From positions 87,985 through 151,984 of the IMG/VR virus record IMGVR_UViG_3300044568_004391: a stretch of 64,000 bases of DNA; one strand, 5' to 3'. Of the stretch, positions 1 through 9,072 are shown in pieces. Positions within the stretch are counted from its first letter, which is position 1. The number at the start of each line of letters is the position of its first letter. The DNA is from a virus. Both the position numbers and the translations under genes were made by a program. Under the pieces are notes generated by a model. The model ran no database searches. It was given only the letters and a program-made list of their open reading frames with translations, and had not been told where the DNA came from.

Positions 1-19
1 TATAGATAATCAATATGTC

Positions 20-112
20 GGGTAATTAATAATACTATTCTCTCCACATTTCACTTCGTGAACCACTCCACTTCGTTCCGTTATGTTTCGTTCATACTAT
101 TATTAATTACCC
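20..112. repeat. 15-bp perfect inverted repeat (GGGTAATTAATAATA / TATTATTAATTACCC) enclosing CTTCG/TTTCG motifs
   Basis: Arms at 20-34 and 98-112 read directly. Confidence 0.75.
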
Positions 113-274
113 ACCCCTTTATTTGTCCCACCTCCTGAAGTCCCACCCTGAAGAGACTGATAATGTAGGGAAACTTACAGATAAGGATGGTTCCCATCCT
201 TTACTATGAAGAGTTTCCATATGTAGTGTTTCTCGAATTATAACATAGGGAAGGGACTCTTCGAGTCAAGGATA

Positions 275-290
275 TGTTTCCCGTGAAACA
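275..290. promoter_or_regulatory. parS-like palindrome TGTTTCCCGTGAAACA
   Basis: One mismatch from the chromosomal parS consensus TGTTTCACGTGAAACA; lies in non-coding DNA. Confidence 0.6.
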
Positions 291-660
291 TGTTAGTATG
301 TCAGTCTGACACCCCCACTTTTTTATTTGAGAACTACTGAAGAGGGATAAATTTGACCCTCTAAAGTTGGGGAATTTAAAGGAACTTCGTTCTCACGCCC
401 CTTCAGGGGGGATATTCTTTTTTTTGCTGTAAATAATTACCATCTAATTTTTCCTTGCTGGCACTACTGCCAGAGGGGATTTTTTCCCCTTCTTACTATC
501 AAGAACGACAATATGGTGGTATAAAGTGGGGGAAGGTGGGAACAAATGGGAGGACAAAATATGGGGGGTGGGATTATCCCATCCCGCAGTCGAGACTGAC
601 ATTTTGTCATTTCCAAATATTTCAGGTTATTTTTTTATTAAAAATTACCCCTCTTTATAC

Positions 661-1023
661 TCAGGGGACTAAGTATACTATTGTTTTAGAAGGTCTCCAA
701 TCTTGTATTTCAAAATCTGTAACCTTATTGATATCCAAGTAATCGGATAAGATGGGTGATATTGATATTATGAATTTTTCAATAAAGGTAAAAAAATCCT
801 CTTCGTTTAAAGTATTTTTGATAATTCCGTAGGCGGGTAGTGTGTCATATATATCAAATCTACCCAACACATCAATAGAATTATATTCTTCATATGTAAA
901 GATATGAGTTTGATCCACATAATAAAATACTGTTATATTACCTCTTGAATCTCTGTGGGGAACTAATCTCCCACCTTTAAGTTCAGATAGAACTAGGGAT
1001 ATGAGTTTATCAATTTTTTTCAT
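661..1023 (-). CDS. hypothetical protein, tandem paralogue family A
   Basis: Start moved to MKKIDKLISLVLSE, matching its neighbours. Confidence 0.75.
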   Translation of the reverse strand: MKKIDKLISLVLSELKGGRLVPHRDSRGNITVFYYVDQTHIFTYEEYNSIDVLGRFDIYDTLPAYGIIKNTLNEEDFFTFIEKFIISISPILSDYLDINKVTDFEIQDWRPSKTIVYLVP

Positions 1024-1417
1024 GATCGAAATATACTCTTGAGTAACCCCATTGGTCATAGAGATCATTTACATGTATGATGTTCACTTTGTTTATATCC
1101 ACAATTTCAGAAAATATGGGAAGGATTGCCATGGTTAATTTCTCGATAAACTCTTTTAATTCTTCTTTTGAGACGGAAGACAAGATTATTTTAAAGTGGG
1201 GTATATTACCATAGATGTTAAGAAAGTTTTCTCCGAGTCCTCTGGGAGCAAAACTTCGTTGTAAATATAATACCATTTCTTTATCGACATAATAATAACC
1301 CAACCTTTTTCCGTATGGATTAAACTCTGATTCACCTGCGGGTCTAAGTTCTTTATATAATCTCCCACCTTCGAGTTCGGGAAGGACCAACTTAACGAGT
1401 TTATCTAATTTATTCAT
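1010..1417 (-). CDS. hypothetical protein, family A
   Basis: MNKLDKLVKLVLPELEGGRL; shares YYVD and DINKV motifs with 661-1023. Confidence 0.8.
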   Translation of the reverse strand: MNKLDKLVKLVLPELEGGRLYKELRPAGESEFNPYGKRLGYYYVDKEMVLYLQRSFAPRGLGENFLNIYGNIPHFKIILSSVSKEELKEFIEKLTMAILPIFSEIVDINKVNIIHVNDLYDQWGYSRVYFDHEKN

Positions 1418-1791
1418 TTTAAGTTATAGTATACAATTGTTTTTTCATGTCTTACCTCCGCCACCCTTATGGACGATATATCTTCGGGATCCAAGACTTC
1501 CGAGAAGTAGGGTAGAATTAGTTTTGCAAATTCTTCCATCAGTTCATAGAATTCTTTTGGGGGTAATGATGACAATAACAAACTATAGGTGGGGAGATTA
1601 TCGGTAATAAATAAAGCCCAATAATCAGAACGGTTAAGATAAAATTTGTCTAGCTGTAAGTGGCAAATAGTTTCATGTTCTTTATTATAAAGAATGGCTA
1701 TTGTGTATTCTGTGTCTTCAACCACTTTTACATGCAAGTCATCTTGAATTTCAGATAGAATTACTTTTGCGAGTTTGTTGATCTTATTCAT
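1414..1791 (-). CDS. hypothetical protein, family A
   Basis: MNKINKLAKVILSE; ILPYFSE and KTIVY motifs; 4-nt overlaps with neighbours. Confidence 0.8.
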   Translation of the reverse strand: MNKINKLAKVILSEIQDDLHVKVVEDTEYTIAILYNKEHETICHLQLDKFYLNRSDYWALFITDNLPTYSLLLSSLPPKEFYELMEEFAKLILPYFSEVLDPEDISSIRVAEVRHEKTIVYYNLK

Positions 1792-2144
1792 CTGTATACA
1801 ATATAAGATATAAAATGGTTGGGATAGATGCTCGACACCACCACCTCACCGTAATAATCTATTAAGTCGGGAAGGATCACATATGCGATTTTCAATGCAA
1901 AGATTTCCTGATCGGTCCTATCAAGCAAACCCAGAATCATATTCATATTTTCAATCCGAGCGGAAACGATCCTGAGTTCATAATAACTGCTGTCCTGATC
2001 ATCAAGCAGTGTGGCGATTATCCTCCCCGAAGGGTCCCTCAAATCAGAAACAGTATTGTGATCATTGTAGTGCTTGCTTTTTACAAGATCCAAATTCTCT
2101 AACTCAGGTATCATGAGAGAAACGAGTTTGTCTATCTTCTTCAT
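1788..2144 (-). CDS. hypothetical protein, family A
   Basis: MKKIDKLVSLMIPELE; TATTTAT just upstream. Confidence 0.8.
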   Translation of the reverse strand: MKKIDKLVSLMIPELENLDLVKSKHYNDHNTVSDLRDPSGRIIATLLDDQDSSYYELRIVSARIENMNMILGLLDRTDQEIFALKIAYVILPDLIDYYGEVVVSSIYPNHFISYIVYR

Positions 2145-2285
2145 AACAGATAAATATACAAAAAAAATAATTGATAAAAAAATTGGATCTTAATTTTTTT
2201 CGCCGTAACTTAGCATCATCTGACTAACCGAGAGGGGAGCAAGTATACTCCAACCTGCTTTATATTTTTTATAAAGGGGTGGGGA

Positions 2286-2642
2286 TTAAGTAAACCAATA
2301 TTCACCTCCACCCACCTTTCCCTGAAAAGTTAAATCCTGTGGGTAAACCTTCTTCGGGATCCTTGTTCCCAACATAGAAACCATTTTCTTGAATACTCCC
2401 TTGACAACCTTAAACATATCAGTCCATTCCAACATATTGACAACACCATTGGATTCAATAAAGTCCTTCTCAAAATAAAACTCCGATCCTATCCTATATG
2501 TGAAAAAACCAACCAACTGACCATCCTTCCTAACAAATAACTGATTGTATCCATGCAACATATTCGGTTCCCTGATCTCAACCTCCAACGGTCCATCATC
2601 CAAGATAGAGTCAACCAATGTATTTAATTGTCTCTCTGTCAT
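2286..2642 (-). CDS. hypothetical protein, family B
   Basis: MTERQLNTLVDSI; SNGV motif shared with the next gene. Confidence 0.75.
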   Translation of the reverse strand: MTERQLNTLVDSILDDGPLEVEIREPNMLHGYNQLFVRKDGQLVGFFTYRIGSEFYFEKDFIESNGVVNMLEWTDMFKVVKGVFKKMVSMLGTRIPKKVYPQDLTFQGKVGGGEYWFT

Positions 2643-2643
2643 T

Positions 2644-2982
2644 TCAATTCCTTGTAAATAAATACCCACCCGTAAGTTTACAACAATATTCTAAACTATC
2701 CAATATAGATGGGTTGGGTATATATTCTTTAACAATAGAAGCAACCCTTCCGTATAAACCATAAAGAAGTTCTATCTGATCCTCCTCCTTTAACATATCA
2801 AATACACCATTGGATTTAACAAACTCAGGCCATAAGAAAAAGTTAATGTCACCACCATACGCAGCAACCCAATCACCATCTTGAGTTTGAACATTACACC
2901 TCCCTTCTTCACCAACATTAACAACTAATTCATTGTCACCTATTATGCTTTCAACCAAAGTATTTAATTGTCTCTCTGTCAT
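2644..2982 (-). CDS. hypothetical protein, family B
   Basis: MTERQLNTLVESI; first 22 nt identical to 2286-2642. Confidence 0.75.
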   Translation of the reverse strand: MTERQLNTLVESIIGDNELVVNVGEEGRCNVQTQDGDWVAAYGGDINFFLWPEFVKSNGVFDMLKEEDQIELLYGLYGRVASIVKEYIPNPSILDSLEYCCKLTGGYLFTRN

Positions 2983-3049
2983 ATCATTACTATTGATAAT
3001 ATAAATACCAATACATAATAAATTTGGAATTGTCAAATATTCTATTACA

Positions 3050-3320
3050 GGGGGGATCAGGTGTTAGGGGATGGGTAAACCCCCTCCATACCCTATTGAC
3101 CCCCCCTCCCCCTCCGTATGCCCCCCATATACCCCCCTAAGATGGGTCAAAAAGGGGGTTTAATCCCCTCTATAAAGTTTTCCCCCCTGAAAGTGAAAAA
3201 AATGTTTATAAAATTTTTTGGAAAAATTTGGGATTTTTGTCTTATATGTTTTTGGAAACATTGACCCCCTCTTTAAGAATGATCTGTATATATGAAATAA
3301 AAATTTTTGGAAAAATTTAC
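3050..3320. other. non-coding G/C-homopolymer region with AAATTT(T)TTGGAAAAATTT repeats at a divergence point; origin-like
   Basis: At least 6 C-runs at 3080-3137; repeats at 3211 and 3301; gene orientation switches here. Confidence 0.45.
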
Positions 3321-3358
3321 AAAATCGGGTTTTATATATATGATTGAAAAAAAACAAT

Positions 3359-4027
3359 ATGTTAGAAAATTTCAAATGGGGGAGTCAAGATTCTGAGACA
3401 CAAAATTACTGTATAAATGAAATTTTGGAAAACAACACATATTCAAAAATCTTCAATGTTGATCAAGGGGATATTGTTGTTGATTTGGGAGGGTCTAATG
3501 GGATCTTTAGTTATTCCATTTTAAATCGTAAACCTATGTTTATCTATGTTCTTGAGGCTATATCCGATCAGGTTAAATTAATTGATGAGAATTTAGGAGA
3601 ATATCCTCACTTATCTATTCACGGGGCACTTTCTGAAAAGAAGACAATTAAGGAAATCAGGTGGGGGTCTTATGTTGATTATAATATCCCAACTTTTTCA
3701 TTTGAAGAATTTATTCACGGGTTTAATATCCCAAAGATTGATTTCTTCAAGGTGGATATAGAGGGTGGGGAGTATGATATATTTAAAAAAGAACATATTG
3801 ATTATTTGTTATCCATTCCAAAGATCGTTTGTGAGTTTCATCTTCATAGGGACGAGAGTTTGAATAACTGTAAATTCAGATATTTCAGGGACAATATCTT
3901 ACCCAACTTTTCTAACTTCCATGTTTTTTCCTTGGACGGTGCTGATATTAAGTGGGATCTATGGAACGAACATTTTTTGGAATATTATACCGAAGTAATT
4001 TTTCATTTTGATAATAGGACACATTGA
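3359..4027 (+). CDS. FkbM-family SAM-dependent methyltransferase
   Basis: VVDLGGSNG and IDFFKVDIEGGE motifs. Confidence 0.85.
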   Translation: MLENFKWGSQDSETQNYCINEILENNTYSKIFNVDQGDIVVDLGGSNGIFSYSILNRKPMFIYVLEAISDQVKLIDENLGEYPHLSIHGALSEKKTIKEIRWGSYVDYNIPTFSFEEFIHGFNIPKIDFFKVDIEGGEYDIFKKEHIDYLLSIPKIVCEFHLHRDESLNNCKFRYFRDNILPNFSNFHVFSLDGADIKWDLWNEHFLEYYTEVIFHFDNRTH

Positions 4028-4031
4028 TTTT

Positions 4032-4058
4032 TAACCCCTCTTAAGTGAGGGGTTTTTT
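4032..4058 (+). terminator. intrinsic terminator
   Basis: AACCCCTC-loop-GAGGGGTT followed by a T-run. Confidence 0.8.
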
Positions 4059-4161
4059 ATTTCTGAAATATTGACCCCTCCTTTATTATGGGGATGGGAA
4101 ATCTGAAATAAAATTTCTGGAAAAATTTTTTAATTTTGTTGGGGTTCATTATCTTTGGGAT

Positions 4162-4506
4162 ATGGAAAGGAAATCTGATTTGATCTTGCTTCGTTTGTTT
4201 CAAGAATTTCGGTGGGTTTCATATGGGTCTATCAAAGATCATATTAACTATAGAATTCCTGATGGGGATATGGTTTTAATTCGCAATGGTGATCCTGACA
4301 AGGAGATCTATATCCATATGACCGGTGGTGATGCCCGGTTTAACATTGCCTTATACGAAGACCATTTTTGTGATATGTCATTGGAATATTTCAAAAAGTT
4401 TCTTCGGGTCTTTCTTTTGGAACATGGATTGCATCGGTATTCAAGGGTGGTGAAATGGGACTTCCCTTTATTTCGAAGACCTCATGGTTTCATCTCCCCT
4501 CTTTGA
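4162..4506 (+). CDS. hypothetical protein
   Basis: ORF preceded by TATCTTTG (4150-4157) and followed by a terminator. Confidence 0.65.
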   Translation: MERKSDLILLRLFQEFRWVSYGSIKDHINYRIPDGDMVLIRNGDPDKEIYIHMTGGDARFNIALYEDHFCDMSLEYFKKFLRVFLLEHGLHRYSRVVKWDFPLFRRPHGFISPL

Positions 4507-4554
4507 GGTTAATTTATATCCCCTCCCTTATTGGTGAGGGGTTTTTTATTTTTT

Positions 4555-5158
4555 ATTATATTTATTTGTAAATAATAATTCTATGACACAACGACTAATA
4601 TTAACAGAAGAAGAAAAAAGAAACATCCAAAAGATGTATGGTATGATTAATGAACAACCTGATGACCAATTAAAAATGCTTCAAAATGAAGGTTATATTG
4701 ATGTAACAGATTCTGTTCATAAAGGCGAATATGTATTAGAAATTCCTGATGGTAAAAACTATAAAGTCAAAGGTGGTGGTTATCAATTTAAGCTTTTAAC
4801 AGATGATAATAAAGAAACAGGTTATCTTTTTTTATCTGAAAATGGAGTAAGAACACCTTCTATGGAGAAAGGTCCATTCTATGTTGAGGATAATGGAAAA
4901 ATGATTCGTCTTAATCAAGAATTTATAGGGATTTTAGGTCAAAATGGAAGGATTTTGTATAACCAAAAATTAAATCAAGTTAAAATTGAAAGATAAATTT
5001 TTATAAACTATATATTTAAGAACCTCTCCAATACGGGGAGGTTTTTTTGTTTTCAATTATATTTATTTGTAAACAATAATTCTATGGCACAACGACTAAT
5101 ATTAACAGAAGAAGAAAAGAGAAACATCCAAAAGATGTATGGTATGATTAATGAACAA
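4555..5158 (+). repeat. 103-bp direct repeat (4555-4657 and 5056-5158) covering the promoter motif plus the first 25 codons
   Basis: 3 mismatches by direct comparison; downstream coding sequences are unrelated. Confidence 0.9.
4583..4996 (+). CDS. E-leader protein (MTQRLILTEEEKRNIQKMYGMINEQ) with a variable domain
   Basis: ORF, TATTTAT at 4559, terminator downstream. Confidence 0.8.
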   Translation: MTQRLILTEEEKRNIQKMYGMINEQPDDQLKMLQNEGYIDVTDSVHKGEYVLEIPDGKNYKVKGGGYQFKLLTDDNKETGYLFLSENGVRTPSMEKGPFYVEDNGKMIRLNQEFIGILGQNGRILYNQKLNQVKIER

Positions 5159-5485
5159 GAAGAGACCAATTTCGATAAAAATTACTTTATGTCTAAAAAG
5201 ACGGGAACTGTAACCTTCGGTTCTCAAGCCATTCCATTAGAAGTTGACGGGATTAAGGTTTCTGACTACAAGACCCAATGGAAAAGAAATTTCAAAATAG
5301 AGAATATAGGGGGTAGAGGATTTCAACCTGGGGTTTTCACATGGACATACGGAGAGGAAGTTCCAACGGGAGTTATGGGTTATAGTACTGATTCTGATGT
5401 ACGTACATCAGAACCAGGTATATCAATAAAAGATAGTGCAAATAAAGAAGTTGGCACACTTATTTTTGAGTTACCTTGGGATTAA
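5084..5485 (+). CDS. E-leader protein with a different variable domain
   Basis: Same 25-aa leader as 4583. Confidence 0.8.
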   Translation: MAQRLILTEEEKRNIQKMYGMINEQEETNFDKNYFMSKKTGTVTFGSQAIPLEVDGIKVSDYKTQWKRNFKIENIGGRGFQPGVFTWTYGEEVPTGVMGYSTDSDVRTSEPGISIKDSANKEVGTLIFELPWD

Positions 5486-5575
5486 ACCCCCTCCCTTATT
5501 GGTGAGGGGTTTTTTGTTTTTTATTATATTTATATATAAAATAAAATAAAATAAAATAATTTTAAAATCAATAAA

Positions 5576-5986
5576 ATGAGAAAAGTTAGATTGACGGAAT
5601 CAGAATTGGTCCGTATCATAGAAAGAATTGTAAAAGAAGAATCCTTAACGGGAGGTAGATCAAAACCAGAATTCAAAGGTAGATTGGCTAAATCCAAAAA
5701 AGATTTTGGGATGGGATGGAGAGATGAATATGACAGCCCATCTGAAGGACCAGGTGAGAGATCAGGTTCGATTGTGAGTTATGAAGATTTTATGCGTTTC
5801 GCAGAAGACCACCCCGATTTGGCTGAGTTTTATTTTGGTTGGGCCGGTGATGAATCAGGTGAAGTTTTTGACAAATATGGTGGTGTAGATCTATTTAATC
5901 CTGAAGAAGATATGGCAAATCTTGAAGAGATGAAAAGAAAAGTCAGAGTTATGGAAAATAAACTCAAAAGGAAAATGGGAAGATAA
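5576..5986 (+). CDS. E-leader protein (MRKVRLTESELVRIIERIVKEE)
   Basis: ORF; TATTTAT at 5527. Confidence 0.8.
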   Translation: MRKVRLTESELVRIIERIVKEESLTGGRSKPEFKGRLAKSKKDFGMGWRDEYDSPSEGPGERSGSIVSYEDFMRFAEDHPDLAEFYFGWAGDESGEVFDKYGGVDLFNPEEDMANLEEMKRKVRVMENKLKRKMGR

Positions 5987-5990
5987 CAAA

Positions 5991-6398
5991 ATGAAAAAAG
6001 TTGTAAGATTAACGGAAAATGATTTGATTAGATTAACCAAGAGAGTTCTACTCGAATCGAAAGCTCAAGAGGCGGTAGACACCGCCTTTGAAAAATTTGA
6101 ATCAGGTCAAAAACCTCCAGCAGGTATGGTTCAAAATGTAAAAAAATGTTTGGAGAATACACCTCTCAGAAATATTGTTTTGGCTGGGGGAGATGTTGCT
6201 CAGTTAATTTTGAGTGTATTAGCATTGACGTTACTTGTCATGGTTGGTTGGGAAGCAGCATTGGTTGTGGCGGGGATTCATGGGGCACTTAGTATTTTAG
6301 AACACACATATAAAATAAAAGGTGTAAATGTTTTTGCAAAATCAGAAAAAGATATAAAATTTTTCGTTAATTGTTTACAATCAAAAGGGGTAATTTAA
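5991..6398 (+). CDS. E-leader protein with a hydrophobic hairpin
   Basis: MKKVVRLTENDLIRLTKRVLLES; long hydrophobic segment. Confidence 0.8.
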   Translation: MKKVVRLTENDLIRLTKRVLLESKAQEAVDTAFEKFESGQKPPAGMVQNVKKCLENTPLRNIVLAGGDVAQLILSVLALTLLVMVGWEAALVVAGIHGALSILEHTYKIKGVNVFAKSEKDIKFFVNCLQSKGVI

Positions 6399-6546
6399 TA
6401 ATCGATATTTCTTCTTTTATTGGAATAAAAAATAAAATTATTTCGGGGACCGAATTGGTCCCCTTTTTTTTGAAATCTAAAATTTCTGGAAAATTTTTTG
6501 ATATTATGGGGGTTTATTCTTATGTTTATAATATAGACCCAAAATT

Positions 6547-6975
6547 ATGAAACATATCATTTCCGTTATTTGTTTTATGATCTTCTCTCTTGTGGGAAGT
6601 TCACAAACCATCACAAAGGCTGCCATCTATAGATCCACCAATCAGAAGATTTCCATTTCAGAATTTGCTGGCGGTGCCATCATCTTCTATTATCAAAATC
6701 CTGACTATACTCACATCGTTGACCTCCTTCATTTCGGGGTTCAAAACAAGACCGAAGCTCTTGCTCTTATGGATGAATGTCTTCATGTTTTGAGTATGGA
6801 AAAAACCGGACAAGACCAACATATCTATCATAACTATAAATTCCATCAGATCATCCGGTATGGGTTCAATCAAAACTCCGTCATCATCGGCCGGTTATAT
6901 CTGAATGCCAAAACCATCGAGGAAATCAAACTTGCTCTTCTGAACTATTCTTATTCATCAATCAAAAATCAATAA
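6547..6975 (+). CDS. secreted hypothetical protein
   Basis: Signal peptide ending GSS-Q. Confidence 0.75.
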   Translation: MKHIISVICFMIFSLVGSSQTITKAAIYRSTNQKISISEFAGGAIIFYYQNPDYTHIVDLLHFGVQNKTEALALMDECLHVLSMEKTGQDQHIYHNYKFHQIIRYGFNQNSVIIGRLYLNAKTIEEIKLALLNYSYSSIKNQ

Positions 6976-6976
6976 T

Positions 6977-7585
6977 ATGAAAAAAGTTATTATCTTAATT
7001 TGTTTGGGACTTATTTCCTTGACCTCTTCTTCCCAACAATATATCGATATATTTCATTCAAGTCGCGGACCACATGTGATTAGCGCTTGTGAAGATGGAA
7101 AAGGTGGTTATGTTCATTTCTATCAAATGGAACCTATGGGGTTTTCAAGATCTACTCTTCTCTTTTTTGAAAATAAATCTGAAGACGATTCTCTGTCCGA
7201 TGATTTTTATGAGGTGATTGACTTAACAAAAAAAATGTTAAAAAGAAAATATGTTGAAAAAAGAAAGGAAACTCCCGACACAACTCTTGTCAATTTCACC
7301 ACAAATATGAAATGTGCCTTTCTTCATAAGGATGTTTGGTATTTTGATCGTGATGTAAACCTTTCTTATGAACTCACCAGAGAACCTTGGGGTATGGAAA
7401 TAAAGGTCGAAACTGATCGTCTCTGCGATGATAAAAACCCAAATATCTGCGTCCAAGGTGGAAGGTTTGTATTTTTGGATTATGAAGATTTTTATCTCTT
7501 CCCACTTTATTATTTGGATTGGGATGATGTGAATAGAATTCTAAACGAAAAAAAATCTCTTGAGCAATATTTTATTGATCAATAA
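6977..7585 (+). CDS. secreted hypothetical protein
   Basis: Signal peptide ending SSS-Q. Confidence 0.75.
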   Translation: MKKVIILICLGLISLTSSSQQYIDIFHSSRGPHVISACEDGKGGYVHFYQMEPMGFSRSTLLFFENKSEDDSLSDDFYEVIDLTKKMLKRKYVEKRKETPDTTLVNFTTNMKCAFLHKDVWYFDRDVNLSYELTREPWGMEIKVETDRLCDDKNPNICVQGGRFVFLDYEDFYLFPLYYLDWDDVNRILNEKKSLEQYFIDQ

Positions 7586-7615
7586 TTTTTATTGTTTCCC
7601 TATGTATTTATTAAT

Positions 7616-8044
7616 ATGGGAAAAAGAATTGTAATTTCAGAAAATGAGAAAGTAAAAATTCGTAAGTTATATGGATTGTCTGAAGGACTTGATTTTGAGC
7701 AGATCATGCTTGGGATCGGGTCCATCATTTTTTTAAGAAAGTTTTTTCAAGGACTTCGTTCTGATCCCAAATTCAAAGCATTATTTCTTCGTGATGAAGA
7801 TGTGGAACAGAATATCAAACACTTGGATAAGGTGATGGAAAGATATTTGAATGGTCTCGATGAGTATTACAGTGATATTGAAGAATATGACCGGGTGGAA
7901 ATTCGTGATATATATGAAAACGATATTAAACCTTTGCTCAGAGAAAAGAAACTTGTGGATATGGAAGATATTGTGAATTATTTGAGTTACAAACTAGATT
8001 ATCTTAACAAACAAAAGGAAAAGAAATTCTTTTCCAAAGATTGA
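7616..8044 (+). CDS. E-leader protein (MGKRIVISENEKVKIRKLYGLSE)
   Basis: Start reassigned; TATTTAT at 7605. Confidence 0.75.
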   Translation: MGKRIVISENEKVKIRKLYGLSEGLDFEQIMLGIGSIIFLRKFFQGLRSDPKFKALFLRDEDVEQNIKHLDKVMERYLNGLDEYYSDIEEYDRVEIRDIYENDIKPLLREKKLVDMEDIVNYLSYKLDYLNKQKEKKFFSKD

Positions 8045-8090
8045 CCCCCCTTTTAATATGGGTGTAGTATATTTATCATAAAAAAATACA

Positions 8091-8438
8091 ATGAAAAAAA
8101 TAGTTAGACTTACAGAATCCGATCTCGTTAAAATTATCGAACGAGTAATCGAAGAGGGAAAGACAGATAAAGGAGTTAAGGAAAAGGATGTTGACGTAAA
8201 AATTGAAACATTTCAAGATTCCATAAAAAACCATCTCAAATCAAAAGATAATGTTACGGTTAAAAAGGTGGGGGATGATTTTGAAATTCATTCTGATGGT
8301 GATCATATCGGTCAGGTTATGTTTAGGAAAGAAGGGATTACAGTAAAAAAAGTTGGAAACAAGTTTGGAAAGAAATTCGATTTCAACGAACTCGGGAATA
8401 TAAAAAAGGAAATTAATCGGATAATAAAAGAAGATTGA
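8091..8438 (+). CDS. E-leader protein (MKKIVRLTESDLVKIIERVIEE)
   Basis: ORF; TATTTAT at 8070; terminator downstream. Confidence 0.8.
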   Translation: MKKIVRLTESDLVKIIERVIEEGKTDKGVKEKDVDVKIETFQDSIKNHLKSKDNVTVKKVGDDFEIHSDGDHIGQVMFRKEGITVKKVGNKFGKKFDFNELGNIKKEINRIIKED

Positions 8439-8503
8439 ATATTTTAAACCCTCCGCCTTCAAGGAGGGTTTTTTATTTGAATTATTTTTCTTATATTTGT
8501 TTT

Positions 8504-8995
8504 ATGAAATACATCCTCCTTATTTTTGGTCTTTTGGTTTCATCACAGGTGATGAGCCAAACTTTCTACTCTGATTTCATCAGTGACCCAATCGATGGTG
8601 AACATGGTTTTGTTGGAAATGGAGATATTCAATTCCATCAATTTTCTGACACACCCGACTCTGTGGTGGTTTTCGGAATCACCGATTCATATTTCTGTGA
8701 AGATTCATTTTTGTATGTTGAATTTGCTGTTATGGTTAATGGTGTATGGAACAATCATGAACTTATGCTTTATCCATATAACACATCCAAATGGGCATAC
8801 CTCGATTTTCATATCAACGACCCACTTATTCAGGATCTCATTAGGGGATCCAAATATGTTTATAAGTATATCGATGCTCACTGTAGTATTGAACGAGGTG
8901 AGGGATCACTTGCTGGTGTGACCGCCGGATTTAAGAAAGCCGGTATTCCAATCAGATGGAAAGATGGTGTAAATCACGGGTTGAGTGCTTGGTGA
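8504..8995 (+). CDS. secreted hypothetical protein
   Basis: MKYILLIFGLLVSSQVMS-Q; TATATTTG at 8492-8499. Confidence 0.75.
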   Translation: MKYILLIFGLLVSSQVMSQTFYSDFISDPIDGEHGFVGNGDIQFHQFSDTPDSVVVFGITDSYFCEDSFLYVEFAVMVNGVWNNHELMLYPYNTSKWAYLDFHINDPLIQDLIRGSKYVYKYIDAHCSIERGEGSLAGVTAGFKKAGIPIRWKDGVNHGLSAW

Positions 8996-9072
8996 TAAAC
9001 AATTTAAATTTTGAACCCTCCCCCTTCAAGGAGGGTTTTTTTATTTTCGATATATTTATAAAGAAAAATAAG

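Noticed and set aside
455-742. 95-aa plus-strand ORF
   Set aside because: TTG start, low-complexity G-run sequence, overlaps a convergent real gene
2180-2260. Possible plus-strand promoter variant (TAACTTAG) and small antisense RNA
   Set aside because: Imperfect -7 box and no convincing structure or ORF
3160-3375. 71-aa Phe/Lys-rich minus-strand ORF
   Set aside because: Translation of the A/T repeat region
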